A DNA stretch of 63,800 bases, filler included, from Octopus bimaculoides (Eukaryota), in assembly GCF_001194135.2 (NCBI RefSeq). It is 7 parts of 6 records of this genome, joined end to end, with 100 filler letters (N's around TTAATTAATTAA, not from the genome) between each part and the next. Parts side by side here need not be neighbours in the genome. Positions count along the whole stretch, not along the records: positions 39,835 to 56,441 come from NC_068992.1; 6 more parts are not named here. One strand, given 5' to 3'. The translations under genes and the position numbers were made by a program. Positions 39,882 to 55,631 of the stretch are shown here, in pieces; position 1 is the first letter of the stretch, and each line of letters begins with the position of its first letter. Below the pieces are notes generated by a model. That model saw only the letters and a program-made list of their open reading frames with translations. It had not been told where the DNA came from and made no database searches.

Positions 39882-40708
39882 TATAAAACTATTTGATTTA
39901 CTAATGCCAAAGCGTCCCAGATTATGCAGGCAATATTTTGGGCACCTATTCAAGTCTCTCCCTACCAAATGGGTGAACAATACATTCCTTAAAAAAGGCT
40001 GCAGAATAACAAGAAATTCCACCCAATTGTTCTAACTGGTAAAGTCGAAGAAAATGATGCTAAGATAAATCTCTTGCTCTCCAATCTACAGCTTTGTGAC
40101 TATAAGCGAGGCAAGGTCCACACCCAGCATCAAAAGATTTTGAGAGGCCAGTATGTATAACACCGGTTATTTTGTTCTATTCCTTATAAAATACTTCAAC
40201 GTTGAATAATGCTAGTTATGAGAGACATAACGTACTTCAGTGTTTGAATGTAAATGTACCTCGCAGAGATTATAGTCACGAAAACTTGTACAATATAAAT
40301 ACGACTCTAGCATCTACAATTTTCCAGTGACAAGAAACAATCCAGATGGCTGGTGGGAGCATCAAATGCTACTAATTGCTGTTACAAAACGGAGCTTTCT
40401 ATAAGTAGGTAGTTGTTTTAGTCCTTCTCAACCACAACATTTCCCAACACAGTGCAAAATTAAAAATTCGGAGTTCTCCATCTTCCTTATGGATTTTATG
40501 ACGAGAATTGGGTGGCGGCCATTCTAAATATTCGCTTACTATCACGAGTGTTCTGGCGTCCCTATTGCTAGATAGTGGTTAACATAATGTAAGGTGGCGC
40601 ACACACACACAAACACACACACACAGACAAGCAGACAGACATACACATTTATTTCGGTGTCTTCTCAAATTCGGTCAAATTAGTCGTCTTAAACGTGGCT
40701 TTAATCAT

Positions 40709-40807
<99 letters not shown>

Positions 40808-40808
40808 T

Positions 40809-40965
40809 AGGAGTGGTTGTGAGTTAAGAAGCCTGATTCCTAGTTGCATGGTTCAGGGTTCAGTCCCACTGCGTGGCACCTTCGGCAAGTGTCTTCTACT
40901 ATTGCCGCAGGCCGACCAAAGCCTTGTGAGTGGATTTGGTAGACGGAAACTGAAAGAAGCCCGTC

Positions 40966-41028
<63 letters not shown>

Positions 41029-41297
41029 TGTGTGTGTGTGCGTGCGTGTATGTGTGTGTGCGTATATATGTATATATTTGTGTGTTTGTGTCTGTGTCTG
41101 TCCCCACCCACCATCGCTTGACAACCGATGTTGGTTTATTCATGTTTCCGTAATTAGCCGTTCGGCAAAAGAGAGACCGATAGAATAAATACTAGGCTTA
41201 CAATCAGTCCTGGGGTCGATTTGTTGGACTAAAACCCTGCTTAAAGTGGTGTTCCAGCATGGCCACAGTCAAATGACTGAAACAAATAAAAGAATAA
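40809..41297 (+). mobile_element. SINE family 1, full length
   Basis: Similar to 2800-3245. Confidence 0.9.
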
Positions 41298-41302
41298 ACA
41301 GA

Positions 41303-41354
<52 letters not shown>

Positions 41355-42113
41355 TAAGTGTGTGTGTGTGTGTGTGTGAGTGTTGTGTATGTGTTATTTC
41401 TATATTTTACATTTGCTTTTCTTATCTTTGCCTGGCGGCGAGAAGTCAATGATTTGTCTATGCCGTCCCACTCACTGACAAACTGTTGTCAAGTTTATTT
41501 TATCTTGCACATGACAAAGACTACAGACAAGGTAGCCAATATGTCTGTCTCGTGACGTACAAAATTATAATTTTGTTTTTGTTTCACTTCTTTCGGAAAA
41601 AAACAACCCATGTCNNNNNNNNNNNNNNNNNNNNNNNNNNNNNNNNNNNNNNNNNNNNNNNNNNNNNNNNNNNNNNNNNNNNNNNNNNNNNNNNNNNNNN
41701 NNNNNNNNNNNNNNNNNNNNNNNNNNNNNNNNNNNNNNNNNNNNNNNNNNNNNNNNNNNNNNNNNNNNNNNNNNNNNNNNNNNNNNNNNNNNNNNNNNNN
41801 NNNNNNNNNNNNNNNNNNNNNNNNNNNNNNNNNNNNNNNNNNNNNNNNNNNNNNNNNNNNNNNNNNNNNNNNNNNNNNNNNNNNACAAGAGTAATATCGT
41901 TAATTTTCAGTTTTCCAAAAATACGAAAGCTACTAGCTAATTGGTAAAATATAGGTTCTAAGAGTGGTTGTGTGGTAAGATGATTGCTTCGCGACCACAT
42001 GATTCTGGGTTCAGTCCCACTGCATGGAAAGTGTCTCTCCCACTATAGCCCCCGACCGACCAAAGCCTTGTGGGTGGATTTGTTAACGGAAATATGTATG
42101 TATGTATGTATGT

Positions 42114-42292
42114 ATATACCGGAGTAAGCACATAAATGTGAAACAAGGTGGAAAAAAAGAGTACTCAAATACCAGAGGTAGAGTAATATGCTTTATTAAA
42201 AACAGCAGAAATATCACAAAAACTGTTACTCAGAGTTTCACGTTCCCTTTCATCGGACAGTTATTAGATTCTAACAAAACTGTCCGACGAAT
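42114..42292 (-). mobile_element. Penelope-like terminal repeat with short inverted end duplication
   Basis: Starts in (TA)-rich DNA; TCGGACAGTT...AACTGTCCGA inverted pair at 42253-42290; contains a hammerhead motif. Confidence 0.55.
42221..42262 (-). ncRNA. Type I hammerhead ribozyme motif with CCGAUGA (U4C) core
   Basis: AACUGU-CCGAUGA-AAG(GGAA)CGU-GAAA-CUCUGAG-UA/ACAGUU: perfect 6-bp stem I, GNRA-capped stem II with one mismatch, palindromic stem III, GUA cleavage triplet. Confidence 0.6.
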
Positions 42293-42810
42293 TTAGCCCC
42301 TTCCCCTTCCTGGCCGTGTGCCAAATTATGAAACCAATATTAACGTGCAAATTTTACTTAAACTATTCAAGGAATTTGTAAATAAAAGACTTAAGTCAGA
42401 CTCAGGGATATGGTGCATTAATATATAAACAATGAGAATAAAAAGAAGAGATATGCATTATGGTGCGTAATGTAAATATGCATCTTTGGTATTTTCGAAG
42501 GCAATACTGACGAGGAGTATTAGCTGCAACTGTCACGAAACTTGAGCGTATAATGTTCTACTGCTTTTCTGAAACACGTGTACGCTCTATTTATAACACT
42601 TATACCGCTTACGTTTTCTGTATTCCATTAAAAGCACACACGCACACACACAGACACACATACACACTCACCTCGCGCACACACACGAACACACACTTAC
42701 ACACACACACTTGCACACTCGCAAACATGCACACATTCGCACACATACACATACACACTCTCTCACAACACACCGCGCACGCATACACGCTCAAGCAACC
42801 ATATGCATAC

Positions 42811-42868
<58 letters not shown>

Positions 42869-43344
42869 GTATACATATATATGTATATATACACACACAC
42901 ATACATACACAAAGAAATACACTAATGTGCGTACAGTGTGTACATAGATGTGTCTGTGTGAGTGTTTTCGTTATGCAGTGAAGAATATGTGTGTATGTGT
43001 GTGTGTGTGTGTGTGCATGGGCGCATGAAACATAAAGAGCGAAAGCGCAAAAAGAAACTCGGCGATTCTAACGATCATATCGGTTCGGCTCAGCATTTCG
43101 CTTTTACTTGTATTTTATGCAATTTTTATCTTTCTTTTTATTCTCTGCGTTTTTAATGATCCAGCGAATGAAATCGCTTAATGAATTACACATACATACG
43201 CATACACATACACATACATACACATACATACATACATACATGAGTGCATTCATGCATGCGTTTATACATACTTACGTGCACAAGCATGCATGCACACATA
43301 CATACCCACACACATCCACATATATACATGAATTCGAAAATTTA

Positions 43345-43379
<35 letters not shown>

Positions 43380-43389
43380 NNNNNNNNNN

Positions 43390-43434
<45 letters not shown>

Positions 43435-43521
43435 CACCCTTAAATATATATACATATACATTCATTCACATACACAAACATATACATATATATATCCATA
43501 TGTATATATATATACATGCAT

Positions 43522-43585
<64 letters not shown>

Positions 43586-43842
43586 ACACACATATATAGG
43601 TACATATGTATATTTGTATTTGCCATTGAGTTATATTAAGGTGGAGGGTGCTCGGTAAACTGGCAAGCTCTGAGACACAACGTTTTCTTTGATACCCGGT
43701 TATCATTGCGCAAGCAATTAAACGGCACTCTCGTTCAAGATAGTTATCATTATTAACGTAAAGCTTTTCACTCTACGTTGATAGACATGAAGCAGAGATG
43801 ATTAGAGAGAGAGAGATAGAGATAGAGAGAGAGAGAGAGAGT

Positions 43843-43920
<78 letters not shown>

Positions 43921-44112
43921 GAGAGATAGAGGGAGGCATATGACTGAATATGTTAGAGAAGAGAAAACAAATTAGTTTCACCTCCAAGTACTTTGAAAAT
44001 AACACGCTCGGCACTTTCCGCTCTTTTTATTTCCACATTGCTTTCAACATAACTGCGTCCTTACTATCACCCCAACGACTACTACCACCCGACCACTACA
44101 AAAACAATTAAA

Positions 44113-44184
44113 GCAGCAGCAGCGACGTTGGTTGCAGCAGCAGCGACGTTGGTTGCAGCAGCAGCGACGTTGGTTGCAGCAGCA
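44113..44184. repeat. 21-bp tandem repeat GCAGCAGCAGCGACGTTGGTT x3 + partial
   Basis: Three perfect copies. Confidence 0.9.
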
Positions 44185-44795
44185 ACAACGTCGACAACAA
44201 CAGCAACAATATATGTTTGAAATTTTGGTACAAGATGAGTAAGTTTAGTGAGAGGGGTTTCATCGATTTTATTGTCCTCAGTGCTTGATGGGTCCCTTAT
44301 TTTATCGATCCCAAAATGATTAAAGGCAAAGTAAATCTTAATGGGATTTGAACTCGGAACATGAAGAGTCGAAACAAATACCACAACGCATTTTCCCGGT
44401 GCCCTAACAATTCTGACAAACTCCTGCCTTTATTGTTTCATTTTTTTTACACAAGGCCAGTAATTACACTGGGTAACACGATTTCTGTCCTTTGGGAAGC
44501 AATTGTCATTTCCTGTTTGCCGATCCCTAGAAAGTATGAAAATTGGCGAATGTTCCCTTCAAACTTTGCTTTTGTCACATTTATTATTATTATTAGTAGT
44601 AGTCTTATTATGATTACGAATAACACAACTTTCTTACGTTTATATGAAATTAATAAGCCATTCATCTCTCATATAGCTTTACATCAAGACACACACAGAG
44701 AAACAGATCCGTAATCTTAAACACATTTACACTGCCCTTTTCTTGCGCTTATCAGTAATTACATGGTGAATGCGGAACATACTAATTACACCCGC

Positions 44796-44872
<77 letters not shown>

Positions 44873-45118
44873 CNNNNNNNNNNNNNNNNNNNNNNNNNNN
44901 NNNNNNNNNNNNNNNNNNNNNNNNNNNNNNNNNNNNNNNNNNNNNNNNNNNNNNNNNNNNNNNNNNNNNNNNNNNNNNNNNNNNNNNNNNNNNNNNNNNN
45001 NNNNNNNNNNNNNNNNNNNNNNNNNNNNNNNNNNNNNNNNNNNNNNNNNNNNNNNNNNNNNNNNNNNNNNNNNNTGTATTTGTATATTATATAAACATAT
45101 ATATATATATATATATAT

Positions 45119-45331
45119 AACAAATAATAAATGAGTATATGCATATATACGTACTAGTATGTGCATACCTACATCTACCTGTATATATAGGTGCATATCT
45201 GGGTACAGGACATTGCAAACAAAACGCAGACAAAAAAATAATAATAACCAGAGTATAGAAAACACACAGGCCACATAGAGAACATTTTCCTTCATCAGCT
45301 GCCCCCATTCTAACAGGCGTTTCGAAGAGTT
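45119..45331 (-). repeat. Copy of the 19526 repeat family in (TA)n
   Basis: Reverse complement closely matches 19526-19735. Confidence 0.75.
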
Positions 45332-45468
45332 ATATATATATATATATATATATATGTTCAGACAGGAACTATACATGTATGCAATTATGTTCGTCGACTA
45401 CAGCGTTAGAATATTTTAGCTCTTATTTCTAGCAATGTTGGTGTTTCTAACACCATAGTCACATTTAG

Positions 45469-45499
<31 letters not shown>

Positions 45500-46380
45500 A
45501 TACGCATATAGATTTATTTATCAGTTATTATAGAGGAGGGCTTTCTTCATTTATTATTGATGGTTTACTTGTGTGATGTAGTAGTTTGGCTTTTAGTGGG
45601 AGAAAATATTTAGTAAATTATTTGATAATTCATACACCGAAAAAGCCATCGCAAGAGCCATTGCACCCTAGCGTTTATGTATGATGAATCTACATACTTA
45701 TGTGGAAATAATCAATGAATGACATTCGAGGGTAATTATGCAATAATGATATGTTTCAATCGGTGAAAGTAAGTAATTAGTCATTCTTCTAGGGTATTGT
45801 ATCGTGTTGTATCGTTAATGAAGATGTTGAAGGAAAACAGCAAAGCATAGAAGAAATGTATGAAGCACTTTTGTCATAGAGAACTTGTTATTAATATATA
45901 ATTTAAATTAATTACTGCGTGTACAGAAATATTATGCTAACAACTGTGTTATTGATGAGCAAAAGAATTAAGGTTATCTCGAAGGCAGAGGTTAATGTGG
46001 TGGAAGATATAATGGAATAATGTTTAATTAGGAACATATCAAGAACTCAATGTATGTCTAGTATAAAGGGTCGTTATAATACATGAAGATTGGAGTTATG
46101 TAAGACTTAAGTTTGACTGTGACCTACGAACTTAACTTTAAAGTCGGCAATTAAATAGATGTTACTCTCAACCTCTGCAATTCTCACAGTGCACCAAATA
46201 GAAAACATTACTGTATGTACATAAATTATCGAACACACTCATTGAAAACCGATTTACAATTCTTTATGACTCTCTGTCACCCACGACTCAGTATATGGTT
46301 TAATCCGCTTTTTAGGTTACAAGTGTCCACAAAATACGTTTAAGTAATAGTAAAATGATTTTTAAAGCTTCTACTGCAAA

Positions 46381-46605
46381 CCCTTTTCATAGCAACCTGC
46401 AAGAAACTACCCCTGGTTCTTTGATAGAAACTTTGTGTTTGAAAGGGGTCTTAGTTAAAACTTTCCATCAAAATCTTAATTGAAATTTAAGTTCGAAGCC
46501 AGCTTAATAAAGACAAGATTATTTTAATAAATTCTTCTTTATTTTCAAATTTAATTAGAAGAAATACCGTGTATTTAATCAGAAATATGATAACAAAAGG
46601 CTTAA
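46381..46605. mobile_element. Degenerate piggyBac-like MITE (second family)
   Basis: Starts CCCTTTTCATAGC and ends GATAACAAAAGG-C-TTAA. Confidence 0.5.
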
Positions 46606-46750
46606 ACAATTCCCTCCAGACAACAAATACAAAAAAAAAAATTCAAATCTCGTACTCTGTTATATAAAACATCGCTCAAAACTTGACCAACTTCAATTCA
46701 ACATCTCATATAATTGTACAACACCAAAAATAGTTCATTTGCAATTACAA

Positions 46751-46835
<85 letters not shown>

Positions 46836-47004
46836 GTGTTCTTCCCTTTTTCTTTTCTTCTTTTATATTATGCTTTTCTTCTGTTATGCTTTTAAATTCT
46901 TTACATAATTTTCAACACCCCGTGTAACTGTTATCATAGTAGTGTATATTACAATCTAATTTAATACGTTAGAGACATAATGTTATATATATATATATTA
47001 TATG

Positions 47005-47620
47005 GCCCTGATGCAAGCTGTACAGTTCCTTGATTTATCAGTTTCTATTTCTACAACACAGCCTCTTTGAAAAACCCACTGGATTTAAACTTTTTCCTTT
47101 GTAGAAAATAAGATAATCTCTTATAAACGTAACCGATGATATTTCTCGTTTGGTTTTCCCCCTGGTAATGAGAAAAGCTAAAAATCCATGCTAATTAATT
47201 CACTTCTCTTATGACCACATATTCTGCTAACTAATTCTGTTAGTCACTAGGGTTTTAACAAGCTTCTAACTGAATTAGTTCTCCCACTTTAAAATTATTA
47301 ATACATAACTAGAAATTAAACTAACGTCTGTTGATTATTTTATCAATTTAGAAATTTTCTTATAGCCTCTAACAGATTTAACCACAAACCAATGGCCTCT
47401 TTTAAATAAATATGCGGTTTCTTCTTAAACAAAATACTGTTTGTATAATTATCAGTACTTATCTCTATCTATCTTGTGTTATCACGCATGATAACACATC
47501 TTATTATGCCCACGTTTTATAGACACACATTAAGTTCATGTCTCGTTGATAGATAAACAGTGCTTCTTTAAAAATTCCACCATCTTAAACTTCCGCCTTT
47601 TAGATAAATTTAACGCAATT
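47005..47620 (+). pseudogene. Possible highly decayed Penelope-like RT C-terminal region
   Basis: Broken frames give VQFLDLSVSI, EKPT, KSMLINSLL and HLKLPP, loosely like PLE RT thumb motifs. Confidence 0.25.
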
Positions 47621-49559
47621 TAACCATTTCGCTCATTAATAATGCATTAACTTTTTTTTTAATGCATTCATAGAACTGCTTTCTATTTTCTTGTTTTTAT
47701 TGAATTCAAATATAAATTTTCATTTATAATATAAAACAATACAATACAATATTATTTAGAATGACAAATAACCAATTAATTAATTTCACTGATCGAAACA
47801 CATCATCATATTATTGCACAGTTAACCTCAGATATTATCTATCGATTATTCCCACGTAAATTTATCGATTCTTTATATGTATATCCAGGTGCATAACAGA
47901 TAAATCGCAGGCACAGTCTATGTCTAATAATATGCTAAAGATTTTCTCCCACCAAAAACCAAAAGCAGATTACTTCACTGAACCGTAAATTATAAACGAA
48001 GAAATTACGCCCCTTCAACCTCACATAAATAAGGCAATATAGATTCACATACGTCCATTTATATAGCAATCAATCAGCATTCTCCAATATTTGTTCAAAT
48101 ATGCTTAAAATATTCATTTTAGATGTTACGTTTGATTTAATGATTTGTAAAACAATAACACCCCTCCTTCCCACATATTTAGGAACCATTTATTCTTCGT
48201 CTAATTTCACGCCTCCCACGTACAGTAAAAACGTAATTCTTTCTCTCCTGTTCTTCTCTTCTTTGCATTACTTCTTTGATCGATACATGTCTGCAACTGT
48301 CTTCCATAATTCTTCATATATTTTGAATAAAGAGCAAGTGGAATCTCGACGTAACAGCATGGCCACAGTCAAATGACTGAAAGAAGTAAAAGAATAACAG
48401 AATAAAAGAGTACATACACACACATACACATATACACACATACATACATACATACACACATGTATGCATGTATGCATGCTTGTTTGTATGTATGTATGAA
48501 CGTATGTATGTGTATGTGTGTGTTTATATGTAGGTATGTATGTATGCATGTGTATATGTATGTATATATATGTGTTTGTGTGTGTATGTACGTATGTATG
48601 TGTGTATTTGCGAGTCTGTGTGTATGTATGTACGTATGTATGTATGTATGTATGTATGTATGTATGTATGTATGTATGTATGTATGTNNNNNNNNNNNNN
48701 NNNNNNNNNNNNNNNNNNNNNNNNNNNNNNNNNNNNNNNNNNNNNNNNNNNNNNNNNNNNNNNNNNNNNNNNNNNNNNNNNNNNNNNNNNNNNNNNNNNN
48801 NNNNNNNNNNNNNNNNNNNNNNNNNNNNNNNNNNNNNNNNNNNNNNNNNNNNNNNNNNNNNNNNNNNNNNNNNNNNNNNNNNNNNNNNNNNNNNNNNNNN
48901 NNNNNNNNNNNNNNNNNNNNNNNNNNNNNNNNNNNNNNNNNNNNNNNNNNNNNNNNNNNNNNNNNNNNNNNNNNNNNNNNNNNNNNNNNNNNNNNNNNNN
49001 NNNNNNNNNNNNNNNNNNNNNNNNNNNNNNNNNNNNNNNNNNNNNNNNNNNNNNNNNNNNNNNNNNNNNNNNNNNNNNNNNNNNNNNNNNNNNNNNNNNN
49101 NNNNNNNNNNNNNNNNNNNNNNNNNNNNNNNNNNNNNNNNNNNNNNNNNNNNNNNNNNNNNNNNNNNNNNNNNNNNNNNNNNNNNNNNNNNNNNNNNNNN
49201 NNNNNNNNNNNNNNNNNNNNNNNNNNNNNNNNNNNNNNNNNNNNNNNNNNNNNNNNNNNNNNNNNNNNNNNNNNNNNNNNNNNNNNNNNATATATATATA
49301 TATATATATACATATGCGTACGTATGTGTGTGTATAAATGTTAACAACCTTATATATGTATGTATATTTTCAGATTTATATATCAACATATATATCAATA
49401 AATGTACATACATCTATGTTGTTCACACACATACACACAAACTTCTGGTAGACGCATACAGACGTGTTCTCGGGCGTGCGCGCACCATATACATTCTCAT
49501 ATTGATAATGTCAATTGCCATTCTATATTAGGGTTACTTTCATTTAGTAGCAGCTGTAA

Positions 49560-50115
<556 letters not shown>

Positions 50116-50803
50116 NNNNNNNNNNNNNNNNNNNNNNNNNNNNNNNNNNNNNNNNNNNNNNNNNNNNNNNNNNNNNNNNNNNNNNNNNNNNNNNNNNNNN
50201 NNNNNNNNNNNNNNNNNNNNNNNNNNNNNNNNNNNNNNNNNNNNNNNNNNNNNNNNNNNNNNNNNNNNNNNNNNNNNNNNNNNNNNNNNNNNNNNNNNNN
50301 NNNNNNNNNNNNNNNNNNNNNNNNNNNNNNNNNNNNNNNNNNNNNNNNNNNNNNNNNNNNNNNNNNNNNNNNNNNNNNNNNNNNNNNNNNNNNNNNNNNN
50401 NNNNNNNNNNNNNNNNNNNNNNNNNNNNNNNNNNNNNNNNNNNNNNNNNNNNNNNNNNNNNNNNNNNNNNNNNNNNNNNNNNNNNNNNNNNNNNNNNNNN
50501 NNNNNNNNNNNNNNNNNNNNNNNNNNNNNNNNNNNNNNNNNNNNNNNNNNNNNNNNNNNNNNNNNNNNCTTATTAGATTAGTAGGTCAATGGACCAACCA
50601 ACGTACGCAATCGTTTTAAGACGATAATCCTCAATAAATCCGTCAAAAGTTGTCTTGTTTTATTTTTAAACACACACACATACACACAACACACATACAC
50701 ATACATACACTCATACAGTGTACATATATATTTACATAAACACACACGCATACAAATTTATTAACAACCACACATACACATAATAAATAAACACACTCAC
50801 AAG

Positions 50804-50850
<47 letters not shown>

Positions 50851-51529
50851 TCCTGTGTTTTTTCCCACTGATTTCTCAATTGGTTTATATTTATCGATCC
50901 ATTTTCCTGCAAAGTTTAATGTCATCTTTATTTCGTATTTTTCCCTAATTATGTAACTTACGATACCTTATATAAGAACGAATACTGCCAAATTATTATA
51001 GTTCAGACACTTAAACTAGCTTTACAAATCTATCTCCATTGCATGCGGAGCATGCATATCTTCGGTGTTAGTCGGATGTCGCGACCGAATATACACATAT
51101 TAATTACCAATCTGTAAATCCTACTTAAAAGTGATATACTATTGAAAGCCTTCTAAACTGCAGTATGCATCTCGAGAAAGCATCTGTTATTGACGTATAG
51201 TGTTAAAAAACCTAAATATATCAGCAGCAGATGAAACTGGTCCAGCAACAGCAGTGGCATTGTCAAACACTTCAGACAAAAGAGGAATTCCATATAGCAA
51301 CCCAAAGAGCGTTCAGGGTTGAATAAATATCTTTTTACTGTTTCTAATACTGCGAAATGCTGTTTTTCCCTTTAGTGGGTTTCACAATAGCATGAAGTCA
51401 CCATGTAATTTATGAATTTCTGCTAGCCTACTCCCTCGATTTCAACACGTTGTGTATTATAAAAGTGATAATTTTTAAGTGGTCTGACGATTTGGCGTCT
51501 ATTTTCAGCACTGGCATAGTCCTTAATTA

Positions 51530-51592
<63 letters not shown>

Positions 51593-52712
51593 ATTGTGAT
51601 AATTATGTGATATATATAAATATATCCGTGTGCGTGCCAACCAATATTTTATCTTTTCACCCGTTAAGTTCTGATATAATCGGAATCTATGCCATCTGAA
51701 AGGTATTTGTAGAAAATGTCATAAAAAAGTTTTCCTGAAAGTTACGAGAAAACAAGATCGGGGGAGACATTTGTATAAATATGTGGCTCCTGCTCGTCTA
51801 AGGACTTCGTTGCTTGTGATCGAACCTATAAAGAACACCTTAGAGCATTTGTCTAGCAAAACCACATCCCAGCATTATTGATCGGTTTTTACACTTTTTA
51901 TTCGATCAGGGTCACACAACAATATGTAAGGATGGATTCTGTGTATCTTACGGTAACCTTATTTTCTGTAAAGTTTGTAAATTGTCTTACGTAGCTTTTA
52001 CAGTTTTATATTCTTTGCATTCAAGTCTAATCTATATTTTTTCCGGTAATACTGATGCATTAGGAAACTCCGTTTCGCATACGAGCGATCACCACGTGTG
52101 TTGCGAAAGCTTAACATACATATAGAAGTTATTGAGTGCGTGCTCGTGCGTAAACATTCACGCATAGCTTTCTGTACAGTGCCACAATATGGAAATCAGA
52201 GACAGGAGGCAGAATTATGAAACAGTGTGTAGAAATCAGTCTTTTCGAAACAGTGATTCCTGATTCTGTGGATTACTATTCCGGCGTAGTTCTCTTCTAC
52301 TGGAACCATTTATAGCAGAATATTGCACATTAACCAATCCAACTGTAAATTTGATGCTTGCAACATCACTGCAATAAATAAATAAACAAACAAATAAACA
52401 TATAAATAAATATTACTGTGTTTGAAATCCTAGCTTCCAAATGCCCAGTCACTTGATTTTAACTTTGAACAATTCGCTGAAAACATCTGAACATTGTTTG
52501 TTTTAATCACTACCACAGCATCCTCACTCAGGTGATTCCTTTTATTGTTGTTGGTTAGTTGTTTTCTTTTTTTCTTCTCATTATCTCTACTTCTGCTCTT
52601 CTTTTTATACAATGTTACAGAATCGAAATTAAATATTATAGAGTATATAGTATATTATATATATATAGTATATTATATATATATATAGTATATTATATAT
52701 ATATATATATAG

Positions 52713-52775
<63 letters not shown>

Positions 52776-53570
52776 GTCTATTCTATTCTATCTGTGCTGT
52801 GTGTCTGTCTCTCACTCGCCCGCTGTCTCTCTCCCTCTCTCTCTCTCTATCTATAAAGATATATCTATCCATTTATAATATGTGTGTGCGTTTATTTATG
52901 TATGCATATGTGTAGGGGAAGAGATGGAAGCAGAATGAAGATGGAGAAAATGAGTTGAGCAAAATTTTAGCCTAAGAACCCAGAGTGCTATCACGAATAT
53001 TAAAAACATTTCATTATAAATATCAATTTGCTTACAAAGAAATATGGACGCCAGGACCTAATCGCTGCTCCCTGCTTGACTTGAAGTAAAATAACTCACA
53101 TGTACACATAATTATCTCGACTGAATTCCAATTAAAATCGGATAAAATCATCGTGGCCGTGTGTAATTTTATTTTGCTGTCTCAATTAATATCAGAATAG
53201 AGGCACTTTACACGATGCCAAAACCTTCAATTGCCTCGAAGTTAAATTGTCTGTGTATTTTTATATACTTATCTTTATTCTATTCATTCTCCGAAAGCGT
53301 AGAATTTAATATCATGTTTCCCGGTTGATATTATCAAGCGCAATTTGGTATGGCTGTCTCACTTCTGCAAGTATGGTTGTGTGGCTTAAGAAACTCGCTT
53401 TATCACCACGTGGTTTTCGGGTTCAATCTCACACAACTCGGCTCCTTGGGCAAGTGTCTTCTGATATAGCCCCGGGCCGATCAGTGCCTTGTGAGTGAAT
53501 TTGGTAGACGGAAGTCGTGTGGAAGCCCGTCGCACATCTATCTATCAATCAATCAATCAATCAATCAATA

Positions 53571-53633
<63 letters not shown>

Positions 53634-54039
53634 AATGTAACCTATATAGCATCTAGTTTAGCTATTTCTCCGTAGGGTGAAAGAAATGATGAACAACCAT
53701 AATTGATTTTCGAATCTTATTGAACTCTCGTCAGTGGTGTCGACATGAAGTTAACAAATTCCAGAGAAACAAGCAACCAATCTTGCGGCCTTGTGCCAAA
53801 ATTTGAAACCAATAACATCACCAGCTGCAACAAGAGAGCTCTCGACCTAGCTGGAAACTGCAACCGGATTGCCTCAAATTACAGAAAAGACACTTCGGAG
53901 AATATTGTCTCGAGGACTTATACCCAGGTAAAAGGCGAGGTGATTCCAGTTGGATTGTGTTTGATCACATCATTGATTGAACAGTGTTAACCTATGAATA
54001 AACCATAACACCAATGTCAAGTGAATACCATTGGCCAAC

Positions 54040-54365
54040 GAAGGCACATGGATAAGTGGTTAGAGCATCGGGCTCACAATCATGCGATACTGAGTTCGAT
54101 TCCTGAACGGACTGTGCAAGGTGCTCTTGAGCAAGACACTTTATTTCACGTTGCTTCAGTTCACTCACCTGGTGCCAAGCTGTATCGACCTTTTGTCTTT
54201 CCCTTGGATAACATTGGTGGCATGGAGAGGGGAGACTGGTGTACATGGGTGACTGTTGGTCTTCCATAAACAACCTTACTTGGACTTGTGCTTCAGTGGG
54301 GGCGGGGGGTAACATTCTAGATGCAATCCCATGGTCATTCATGACCGAAGGGGATCTTTACCCTT
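54040..54365 (+). mobile_element. tRNA-derived SINE family 3
   Basis: Sense copy of 7665-8005. Confidence 0.85.
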
Positions 54366-55305
54366 TGCTTTACTATCGGCCACATATCACGCCACCACTT
54401 AGCAATCAAATTAGTCAAAATTAAGGAATTCGTTTCTCCTGTATCAAATTCTTTTTAATGAACCACGGCCATGTTGGAACACGGTTTTTAAAAAATTCTT
54501 AATCTAGCAAATCAAGCACGTGACTTCTGCTACTATTTCATTTTCAAAGTTTGGAACTTACTCTGTCGGTCTGTTTTGCCGAACCTCTAAGTTACAAAGA
54601 CACGTAAACAAACCTACACCGGTTGACAAGCTGTAGTGATGGATCATAGTGGTGGTGCACATACACACGCGCGCACGCACACACACACTCGCGCGCACAC
54701 AGGCAGAGTAACAACTAGGTAATTAAATGGATACCATGCTTCCACACAGTAATTCCAGGGTTTATCATTTTGCCATTATACATATGAAACGGAAAGAAGT
54801 ATTTCTCTATTTCTCCATCTCTCTCTCTCTCTCTCTCTCTGTCTTCCTCTTTCTTGGCTCTCTATTTTTCTCTCGTTTTGTGTGTATGCGTATGTGTGTG
54901 CGTATGTGCGTGTGTGTGCGCGCGCATGTGTGTGAGAGAGAGAGAGAGAGAGAGTGTGTGTGTAAATGAATGTCGTTTAGAAAAGAAAGAAAAACAGCAA
55001 GAACAGGAAATATCGCCGGAGAGGCTGAAATGATAATGAATAAATGTATATATGTATGAATATATGTATGTGTGTATGTATGTATGTATGTGTGTATATA
55101 TATACAATATATATATATATATATATACACAAACACACAAAGCATGACTAAGAGGGAGAGGAAGAGATAAAGCGAGAGAGAGAGAGAGAGATGGGAGTAA
55201 TAGGATGATGACAATCAAATTGAAAGGAAAGCACAAAGCTTAAGATGTGAAAAAAGAACGCGTGAAGACGCCGAAGAAGGATCTGTTTAAACCTGATACA
55301 CGTGA

Positions 55306-55353
<48 letters not shown>

Positions 55354-55631
55354 ATATTTATATATGTACAGGTATAAGGCAAAATAGCTTTCTCTCGGTT
55401 GCTAATGACAATCTAATTAAGGATGCCATCTGTGACGTCTTTTCTTGCTGACTGCAAAGGTCGACTTTTAGACTCGTGAAGTAGATCTCACATGTCCGGC
55501 AACTCGAAAATTTACTGTTGCATTTCACTGTACTGCTGTCTGGTTGTCTTCTCTATCTATTATCATCATTATTGTTGTTGTTGTTGTTGTTAGTATTATT
55601 ATTATTATTATTGCTGTTGTTGCTGTTGTTA

